DNA of 64,000 bases, taken from contig JAUFOQ010000004.1 of the NCBI GenBank assembly GCA_040285855.1, positions 1,674,001-1,738,000 on the forward strand. The letters run 5' to 3'. This DNA comes from Eukaryota sp. GEM-RC1. Its lineage: Eukaryota. The notes under the pieces are model-generated. The model searched no databases and had not been told where the DNA came from. It saw only the letters and a list, made by a program, of their open reading frames with translations. Of the stretch, positions 54,601 through 64,000 are shown in pieces. The first letter of the stretch is position 1, and each line of letters starts with the position of its first letter. Both the position numbers and the translations under genes were made by a program.

Positions 54601-55805
54601 AGTTTTAGATTTGGAAATAATAGGTTCATTGACTGTAGCTTTGAGGAAACTAAAGATAGCGACCTCAAATACAATTCAGATGATAAAAGCATCACGCTTG
54701 AATCAACAAAGGAGAGGTGTCCTTGACCGAAGATGCCAGTGGGATGTTCAAAATGTAGTCCTTGAATTTCGGACCATGAAAGGGCTTTTTTAAAAATTTT
54801 GACTGCACGTATGCCACCTGTAAAACGAGTACTTGAACTAGTCATTTCTGAAAGAGGGAATAGAGGTGGAGGGTTTGAGTGGTAATAAGGTGAACCTGGA
54901 GAAAAAGACATTCGGAGAACTCCATCAACATAAAAACGTGCCGTGGTTTGATCAAAAGTCATCACCAAGTAAATCCATTGGTCACGGGGTACATTATAAG
55001 AAGTAGATGAGGAGCTACCCCAACCGAAACGTCCAGTAGTAATATAACATCTACAAGGACTGTTATTCCAGCAAAAACCAAATGCTCCTGATTCGAAATA
55101 GATCCAAAGTGCAATTGAAGCATCCCTCCAAGCTGTATGACCACCAATGTAAGGGATACGCAAAATATTACCAGACTGTATATCCAAATAGCCTCCCAAT
55201 ACATCCTTTTTCCATTGAGGTCCGTGAATTTGGATCGCATCGGAATCATGATTTTTTGCGTGGTCAATTGTGTTGAAAGAATCATGCCAGGTGTAGTGCA
55301 AGAAGAGGGTTGAAGGTAGAACACCACTGTTTTCAAGTACAACGTTAGTGACGTTTACAAACTCAAGTACACTCAAGCTATCGAATTCAAGGACACCATC
55401 TCCAACCTCAATGTAACCATTTACAAAAAGTTTGTGACTGATCAGAAAAGTGCAGTCACTTTCTAAAACAAGAGAGTTCACTGATGTAAAGGAATTCAAA
55501 GAAGAAGGGTCGGAACGGAAAGTACCTCCAGTAAGTATAAGAGTATCAGAGATCGTTAGAGTTGAGTGGTTTCTGAAGAGGAGAACAACGTTAGCAGACA
55601 ATGTGAGAGATGATATAGTGACCGAATCATCGATGGTGATGGTGATCGCACTGGATTGGGCACAGAGAACAACAGAAGAAGACATTGAAGGAGAATCGGC
55701 ATGATCCCAATTGCTTCCTTCAGACCAAAGTCCGGAACTGGAGGTATCCCATTTAAAGACTGAGCCGAGAACGCAGCAACTCAGCAGGAGAAGTCCGATG
55801 ATCAT
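30613..55805 (-). CDS. Giant repetitive cell-surface protein (~8,400 codons, ~20 frame breaks)
   Basis: Co-oriented abutting ORFs. Signal peptide MIIGLLLLSCCVLG; two LamG/ConA-like segments (SIALWIY...DQWIYLVMT...FYVDG; SISLWVY...QWFHLVIT...YVNG); four GxDDPCCG...SPC.SF modules; S/F/I/N-rich beta-helix-like repeats; Cys-rich CPRG...CVECALNYY; multi-TM C-terminus. Confidence 0.75.
37950..46070. repeat. Intragenic duplication: ~37950-39950 similar to ~44090-46070
   Basis: Long near-identical stretches, e.g. SVEFQQINENLKYPNDFNVIHLLNIRGGSLYVQ...LLTCLHC in both copies. Confidence 0.85.
50510..54470. repeat. Intragenic duplication: ~50510-51500 similar to ~53490-54470
   Basis: Near-identical DNA, e.g. 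FSSQLKFLESVDNSSIIGQVQLSNSIDFFGH...SSNGSITCHSDVLIKND in both. Confidence 0.85.
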
Positions 55806-56568
55806 AATCTCTTATTTGAATACAGGAAAGTGCCTCCAATAATGAAACTCGGCTTATGAATTTCTCCCAACTGCCCAAGTCACATCATGCACACTATAGA
55901 TTGGACTTTCATCACATTTTGTCATCATTATGTCTGTTCATACACTATAAGTAGACCGTACTTCGAGACCCTTCTACTTTTTTACACAAAGCTGTCTATG
56001 GGGTCTCAATACTTCCAAATGTGTTCATCTTTAAATGGCGATATTACAAGACTGTGTACAGCAGTGTCTCACATCTATCTACCCTAAGTCTTCCAATGAG
56101 ATTGCAGCAACCTCGTCAGTGGTTCTTTCTCCATCACCTCATCACACCACTACTATTTCTAGATCAACTGAAGTCATCTTCACCCATAAACTCTTTTCTA
56201 CAACTCGTCGTCTCCCTTCTCTCTTCCCAATCAATCCAACTTCAGTTCTTTTCCTCCTCAATACTACAACACGTCATTGATCATTCAAAATCGAATGACC
56301 CACCATCTCTTTCCAAGAACAAGACTCTCTTCTCTCCTTTCTCCTAGGCATCTACCTCTCCAATACATATCCTTTAGTCTTATTGAAACTAACCTGTATA
56401 ATCTATATTAAGGCATTGATTCATCATCCACAAGCTAAAAGTCATGAAGTGTTTAATTGCATTCACTTGATTTGAGTTAATATCTTTGACATCTTCAGAA
56501 TTGATGTTACATGGTCACAAATGATTTCTTGTTTCAGAGCTAAAGCACTATTGGGTGAATGATTACAC

Positions 56569-57368
56569 TAGGAATGTTAAATAGTTCAGTTCAGTTCAAA
56601 AAAGCGTGAACTGACCTGAACTAGTACACTGACTACCATGAACTGAACTGAACTAGTTCATGAACTGAACTGTATGAACTGGAGCAAATATACCATTGTT
56701 TCCACAATGATGTACCTAGGATCAAATCAACAGGTCACCAACAAGTACATGTAGTACTCAATTGTTGCAAAATTTAATAAAACATCATGTTAAAAACATA
56801 CTCTAATTAGACATCAGTAATTAATCATGAGTGCAAGCAAACATGCGATTGAACTGAATCATCACTTAACTGGGGTCTTGGTTTACATGCAATCAGTCCT
56901 GCAAGTAAAAACAAAGGCTCAGACGCAACACTACTTGCTTGAATTGTTGCATTTCTCCAAAATAGCGGTGACAATCTAGGGTACGCGTTGTGATTTAAGG
57001 TCAAATGGTGTAAAGGACTGGATGAAACATCACAAGTAGCTTCTGTGATATACTTGTTCAACTCCGCAAACACTTGCTTTCGACGACCTTCTTCTTCAGC
57101 TTTCGGTTCTTTGCCGTAAATTTACCATCAAGAAAGGTAAATTTATTTTAGAAAAACGTAAATTTGATCTTTAAACACTTGCGTTCTTACGTTGCTTTAA
57201 GTTGACCATTTCATAACATTATTGGGATACTTCATCCTACGTTCCTTATATGTGGTGAAAAAGTGCATATACTAGTATGTAGTAATAAAAATGGAATAAA
57301 ATGTAAGTTCATTTAGTTCAGTTCAGTTCATGAAGGTGTGAACTGAACTGAACTATTTAACATTCCAA
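56569..57368 (-). mobile_element. Internally deleted hAT element (800 bp)
   Basis: ~30-bp TIR T(A/T)GGAATGTTAAATAGTTCAGTTCAGTTCA; 8-bp TSD GATTACAC (56561-56568, 57369-57376); GAACT repeats; dimerisation-domain remnant YPRLS...QASSVASE at 56825-57073. Confidence 0.9.
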
Positions 57369-57429
57369 GATTACACATATAGATGAAGAAGATGATGAAT
57401 ATGTATAATATCGTTTTATACATATTCAG

Positions 57430-58805
57430 TAGGGATGGGCAAACTCCAACTCGACTTCACTCCACTCGTAGAAATTTTAGAACTCCAACTCGACTTCACT
57501 CCAAACAAAAATTTTGCAAGTGAACTTCACTCCAACTTCACTTCATTCCAAACTCAAGTCACTTGAACACTTCACTCCACTTCTGAATTTTATTTCTACT
57601 CCGAATGCTTGTAAACAAGAAAGGAATCTTCGTGTTCAATATCGACCGTCTTCCTCCAGCAACCGACACAGACCATGGGTGTTGCGGATGATTTCATCGA
57701 TGAAGGATAAGTTGGTCACTTATCATGATCACATCTATAACTTCACAACATATGCTGCTATGCTTCTTGATCCTCGTTTTAAGACGAGATTGATGCCATT
57801 GAAGTTGAAGACTGAAAACTTCAGAGAGCAGTTCAAAGAATATTTTATTTCACATCAACCCTCTCTTGATATTGAATCAGTAGAAGTCCAACCTGCAGAA
57901 CCTGCAATCGTTGAAGGTGAAGTCGTTGATATTGAACCCGTACCCGAATGCTCTCTCCATTTGGCTGTTTCACATCTGGTTGATCAACATGAGGAGCCGA
58001 TTGGCGAACTTGACTCATTTGAACTAGATCCATTGGAACCCCTTACTTCTAATCCTTTAATATTTTGGAAACACCGAACAGATAAGTACCCTGTTCTTTC
58101 TTCCATAGCTCGTCAGTTTCTTGCTGTACAGGTATCATCAGTTGCATCATAACGATGTTTTTCTGCAAGTGGACGTACGCTCAGCAAAACAAGAAATCGT
58201 CTCTCTGATGAAGATTTGGAAGTACTTCTTTGTCTTAAATCAAAAAAAAACGGGGTTTATGATCAGTCAGTGAAATAAATGCATTTGCAGAAGTTATTAA
58301 CTAACAGACACTAACTAAAGTATCTAAACTATGATCCTTCTGTCCATCACTGAACAACTTACCTAAAATTGAATTAAAATATCTGTGCATTGAACGAAAC
58401 AACGCAAACGTTAACCTACTCAACCAAAAATTTTCATTGAAAACTTTACCATACTCAGAACACAATTTACCAAAGGAAGTTCTTAAATCATGGTATGCAA
58501 TGAATCTAAACGTCCCTTCATAGCCTTAGTTTAATAAATAAGATAAACAACTTGTTAGACTTTCCTTTATTTGTTTACCTTGTTTCTAGTGACAAAGCAT
58601 ATAGGTGTTACTCTACAGCGGTAAAACTATTGTACACGATGTACAGCTTAGTCAAAAATACTGATTAAATCACAAGTTTCACTCCAACTCGACTTACTCG
58701 TAAATTTTGACAGAACTCCAACTCGACTCCCACTCGTAGAAATTTGGAGTGAAGTGGAGTTTGGAGTCTACTCGTAGAACTCGAGTGGAGTTTTGCCCAA
58801 CTCTA
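57430..58805 (+). mobile_element. Decayed hAT element with transposase C-terminal remnant
   Basis: TIRs TAGGGATGGGCAAA / TAGAGTTGGGCAAA; ACTCCA repeats; LLDPRFK, PLIFWK, YPVLSSIARQFLAVQVSSVAS*RCFS. No matching TSD seen. Confidence 0.8.
58243..58480 (-). mobile_element. 5'-truncated RLE-LINE copy inserted in the hAT remnant
   Basis: Near-identical to ~13230-13462. 10-bp TSD TCTTAAATCA (58233-58242, 58481-58490); removal restores LLCLKSWY. Confidence 0.9.
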
Positions 58806-59777
58806 TGTAACATATACATGGTCTTTTTCATCATTATTAACAAATAATTAGGACCTGGCTGAATATGGGTTTGTGAAATGTCGTTGTTCACATGAACTTC
58901 AGCAAGGATATACTGAACTGCTGACTGACAAGATAGAGATCGATTTTATGAGTTTGCAAACTGGACGATTGCGTCCCAACACGCTAGATGAATAGATTTG
59001 ATCAACAAAAGGACAACAAATGACTCATTAAGAAGGAAATGAACCTCTGATGAAATACAAAACACCGATTCAAGATATTCAGCTCATTTGAAACCTTGTT
59101 GATGGTCTTGAAATGGAAGACCTTCTTATGAACATCTCCCCTGCTGATGCCTGTAACTGCTGGATTTGAAGTTGCAGCCTTGCTCCTTTCCTATATTGGT
59201 GCTTTCAGGTCCGTCCTTGACCTTTCTCGCTCATATATCGCCCTCTCCATTACCACTAGTTCTCTCCTTCTCTCATCCATCCATTTAGCATATATCTGAG
59301 ACATTGCTATTTGCTGATGATTGGGTGTTCAGCAATACTTTTCCTCAATCCTACCACTTAAATTTGGATGACGATTACCCGTGGTAGTAGATCCGTGCCA
59401 TCTTCAATTCATCACCAAATGGTGCACAATAGTCATAGTTTGTTGGTTTATTTATCATAAAAGGCCGTCGTCTGCTGTTCATGTCTGTACAAACAAAACC
59501 TCCCATTAAGGTAATACTCCCATTAAGGTCTGCCCAAAGGCTTGCACTAATGGGATGGTAGTTTGTCAAGTTCGGAAATACATTAATATATTTAGACTTT
59601 AACTTTTTGCACCATCGAATGCACCATAAATTATATTTTTTTCACCAAATGCACCACAATATTCTTAATGCACCAGAAATTCCTTTTTTCATTTTGTGAA
59701 TATATTTCTTGACATTGATTTATTAAAAAGAACAACAATTAAATATTAAGATACAGATGACATCAGTGTCATTGAGG

Positions 59778-61381
59778 TCATGTAAGCTTACGAGGCCTTC
59801 CACGAGGACGTTTGATCTGCGGAAGTTCAAATGCAGATGGATTTCGTCGTTTGCACCTAGGGGTCTTCCACGAGTTTTTTTTGGGTCTAGGAGCCGCAGG
59901 GACCGTTGAGACTTCCTGAATAAGTTGTTGTAGAGACCTGTTGACGAAATCAGTCTGTTCTTGTGATAAGGAATCAGCTGTGAGCAACTCAAAGGCAGAT
60001 AGAGTAGGAGCTTGTGGAGGTGTTGTATCAGGAACAGGGACGACTTCAACAGCATGGTGGATGCGCCAGTGGAAATGGAAGAGGTCTTCTGAAAGTGGTT
60101 GGTTGCGCTGAAGGAAATGAGCGATGCATTGAGATGAAGGTATGCCATAAGAAGAAGATAAGCGTTTATCAGGGAAGAGAGTTGGAGTCATAGAGGAGAC
60201 GGATTAATTCTTCGGCAATCAGAATTGTCGCAAACTTAGGGACATGCTGAACGATGGGTTCGATGAAGTGAGAGATGGGTTCGGGGTACACTAAATTGAT
60301 GTCAGCATCTCGTGCAACCTGTATTCTATGTTCAGCTTCCATATTCTTCCACATCTTCATGATCTTCTCCGTAATATCCAGTAAATTACCTGTTGAGACT
60401 TTAAGATAAGTTTTGAGATCACTGTGAATAGATTCCACTCTAGAAGTAGCTCTTTGTAACAGATTGAATGTGTCGCCTAAATTACAAGCTAAAAATTTGT
60501 TACCGTAGTCAAACATGAGACTATCTACATATGTTAGTAGAGAGGGAAAGGCAGAAAACTGCTCATATATCACACCGCTTGCTGTCTGCATAGCTGCTTC
60601 TTCAGTTGAATAGCATAAATTGCGCCATAGGGAGCGAAAAGCTTCCTCCATGTCATTATCACGTACGATTTTCCGCAATTTGGTTTCAACGTTCTTATTA
60701 ATGTGCCAAAGGCACAAATAGTGTTTCACTCTCGGTCAGTGATAATTGTTTCTGTGAAATTAAGAGCAGGAAACGTAGATTTCAGTTGATCTAAAGGCCA
60801 TGTGTAATCATCATCTGTCTCTCCCGACAGTAAAATGAAAGCAATTGGAAAAGATTTCATGTAGGAAGAGATGCCCATTACAACCAAAAGGGGTAGTCCA
60901 TACTTGTTCGTTTTGTATGTACAATCCATCATTAAAACATATGGATTGCTGTTCACCATACTTTCGACTGGCTTATAAGTCATAAACCAATTTCGAAGTG
61001 AGCCATCGTCTTCATTCAACAAGGTCTTGACTTCAATGTCTGGCAAACTTCTGATTTGCTCTAGTAGAGCCTGGAAGTTGGGCAGCACATTCTTTGGTTT
61101 TTCAAGAGAGCAGTCTTCATATTAGCTATATCCTGTTTTCTAAGAGGGCAATTGGGCTCTAGTTGAAGCAGTCTATCAAATATAACTTTCGGTTCGCAAT
61201 TAGCACGTAGAAGAGTTTCGATAGTTTCTTGATAGATTTCTTTGAAGTAACTCCGGAAACTTCTACTGGCGGACATGCAGGAGTAAGGTTCGTGGTTGTG
61301 ACAAACATATTGACCAACCACACACCAACCTTCAGCAGTTTTTGTAACTCTAATGGAGAAGGGACATTCGGTTTTGCGGGT
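59778..61381 (-). pseudogene. Frameshifted FAR1/MULE-type transposase
   Basis: RKTECPF...W...HNH finger, MDCTYKTNKYGLPL, ITDRE, CLWHI, TSRVESIHSDLK, degenerate SWIM, AT-hook RPRGRPRK; spread over four frames. Confidence 0.85.
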
Positions 61382-62329
61382 CTATATTTATTAGCAATAT
61401 TTCTACGCAATTCGATGACTCATTTTTTGGTCTATTCGCCATCATCCGTATAATCTCCTTCATTGTCCAGCAACCAAGTCAAGGGTTAGTATTAAGACTT
61501 TTGCGAACAGTATCTTCACCAAAGATTAGAGTTATACATCAACAAAGGTTGTTTTTCCAGACTTGATATGTGTAGTCTTTTGCGAAGGGTTTCAACAGTC
61601 ACGTTAGCACGACTAAATAGTCCTTCGATTTTTGGATGGACCTGTTTTGAGTGTAAAGTCAATGTAGTGAGATTGGGAATGATGAAATACAGTGACATTT
61701 TCTGCTAGTGGTATGTCCCACGCAAAAGGTCATCCACTGAACGTTTCTCACTCTAACGATCATCAGTTCTTGATTGCCGTGTAGACGTTGTTGAACTACA
61801 TCAGTTCAAAAGCCAAACAGTCAACAATTTGACGTAAACAAATAGTATACTCTATTGTCTAGGTTGTTAATTACTAAAGTGAAAGTTCGTCAGAAGACTA
61901 CTGCACCCACAATGCACCTTGTTTACTCCGAAAAATGAATGCAAAATTGAATATAACATCAAACAAATGTATGATTTTAGTGATGAAAAATATTGCCACA
62001 ATAAACAATGAGGCAACCTAAATATACAACTAAAAATACAAAATGAATAAATATAGAAAAGACAAACACGACAATTTTTGTCGTGCGACAAAAATATATC
62101 ATGAGGTCATATATCTGTGATTGCTGAAGTGCAATCACAAGTGATTGACAACACTTTCCCACAGCAAAATGTCAAGAGGAATCTCATCTCCGAATGAAGT
62201 TGATGTGTAGAACATCCAAAACAACAGTTGCAAAGAAACGTTGTCAGTGATGTATCCCCAAAGAGCAAATCCCATGGCGACGTGGAGGAAGTGTTCCTCT
62301 TAAACAACTTTTGGGCTTTGAGATGCTGC

Positions 62330-62650
62330 ATCTTTGTTTGGCTTCCATGAGAAATAAAATTATTTGAAATTTGTTCCAAAAGAACAAATTGAATTCGGGA
62401 ATTGATCTGAATCAATTGGGGTTTAATCAGATAATTATCAACAGTGATTGGTAAATTGAGGTTGAAAATTGAATCACGAGCATCTATTCCTAGACTATCA
62501 AATGAACCATTAGAAATTACTAAAATTTCAAAAATTAAGACATTGTTTTGAACAGTAGTCAATTGTGAAGTGAATTCTCCAAATATAATACTTCTTTCTA
62601 TAGCTGCGTACTCGTAGAAATGAATACCGTCAACTTCCAGCGAAATTCAT
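62330..62650 (-). pseudogene. Paralogous fragment of the giant surface-protein gene
   Basis: VQNNVLIFEILVISNGSFDSLGID...VDNYLI...QINSRIQFVLLEQIS..FISHG matches ~33950-34260. Confidence 0.8.
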
Positions 62651-62879
62651 TAACGACCGTTAAGGTGAACATCAGTGCACCTTAAAACTCCTTCTTGATT
62701 GTATACCCACACATTCTCTCATTGGATTTTAGTACATTTTGAAGCTAAATAACGGACGTGCTTAGTAGAAACCGCAAACTGCTAAGTCGAAACACAAATT
62801 TGCTTCTACGATTTAATGTCTAGTGTATTTGGACAGTCGTTATGTATAACTAAAACTTTTAGTGCTTCAAAATTAGAAC

Positions 62880-63650
62880 ATATCGAGACTTAACAGTTTC
62901 TTCTCCTTTGGACATTTCTGAACAGGCCAAACAGGATAAGTACAAGAAACCATTGCTAGCTTTAAAACATGTAAAACATGTTGAATACGAATTATGCCCT
63001 TTGCTGTTTCAATTTACGGACGTTTAGGAAAAGTGCAATGAATTTGCTAAACGATTTCGGAAAAATCGTAAAAATAGGATGAACAAACGTTTTGATCATA
63101 TGTTATGGTTGAATCGGATCGTTTTACTGTTTTTAAAACAGTTCCCTAATCATCTCCAAAGCGTTATTAGCAGTGAGTGTCATTTATGAGGACAAAGCTG
63201 TTGTAGGTTTGATAGCGACGGGTGTTATTTTAATGACATCAAATTTTAGTTGTTTGATCTATTACATTTATTATAAACTCTAATTTTTCGTTTGTATAGT
63301 TGCTCTGAGGGCCTGATATTTATATTAACAACTTTGGTAGCACTCGTTTAACTTATTCTAAATGTAATAGACTAAACAATTAAAATTTGATATCATTAAA
63401 ACAACACCCGTCTCTATCAAATCTTACAACAGCTTTATCCTCATAAGGGAACTCACAGCTAATAAAGCTGTGGAGATGATTAGGGAATTGTTTTAAAAAT
63501 AGTAAAAACAAAACAATTCAACAATAACAAGTGATCAAAACATTTTTTCATCCTATTTTTTAGCATTGTTCCCAAATCGCTTAAAACATTCATATATTCT
63601 ATATTTCCTAAACAGCCATAAATTGAAACAGCAAAAAGCATAATTCATAT
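62880..63650. mobile_element. Two decayed RLE-LINE 3' ends in tail-to-tail orientation (imperfect inverted repeat)
   Basis: Plus copy reads EQAKQDKY...AVSIYGRLGK...LWLNRI. 63372-63650 is the diverged reverse complement of ~62985-63258. Confidence 0.75.
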
Positions 63651-64000
63651 TAGAAATCTAATGAATATGGTGATCTGAACATAGTTTAACTGGAAGAACA
63701 ACAAATCTAGAATTTTGTTTGGAAGCCCTATAAGGATATATTTGTTTTTTGCAGTGTTGTACCATGACCGCCATAACTGCCATGCGTGCCATGCGTCCAT
63801 AGGCACATGACATTTTCTGATTATGGCCGTGTTGTTATGGCGTGTTAACACGTGTTGTTATTCCAACAATGACAATGTACTGCATGAGCATGTACAGTAG
63901 TTCTATGATATGTATACTTAAAGAATGTTATTTATTAAACCTATATAAAGAGTTCTAATAGTCAGAATCGCTGTCCATGCTGTGTTCTGTCAATCCTTGT

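Noticed and set aside
30613..55805. Stop-codon reassignment explaining the broken giant ORF
   Set aside because: The breaks examined change frame rather than read through, and conserved genes end normally at TAA, TAG or TGA-type stops.
56575..58800. GAACT and ACTCCA short repeat clusters as a CRISPR-like array
   Set aside because: No constant repeat with unique spacers; they lie just inside hAT TIRs as subterminal repeats.

Overview
Compact, AT-rich eukaryotic (protist-like) DNA read with the standard code. It has very short GT-AG introns (about 29-52 nt) and dense, nested transposon debris. Host genes: CWC15, an ankyrin protein, an RCC1-repeat membrane protein, beta-amylase (GH14), a long coiled-coil protein, a short NOC2-like protein, SMC3, an AAAP/SLC38-type amino-acid transporter, and a ~25 kb (~8,400-codon) repetitive surface-protein gene broken by frameshifts. 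The main find is a Fanzor1-type (eukaryotic TnpB-family, RNA-guided RuvC nuclease) gene at ~1224-3282. Its RuvC-III motif lies in another frame after a homopolymer run, and it is followed by two stem-loops that are a candidate omegaRNA. Also present: a four-level nested insertion (MULE in LINE in CACTA-type element in LINE), hAT elements with TSDs, a second decayed MULE, and an RLE-type LINE family with a T-tail and a possible shared target motif. Single-base frameshifts in SMC3 suggest homopolymer assembly errors, so frameshifts here do not prove pseudogenisation. All family assignments come from motifs recognised by eye; no searches were run.
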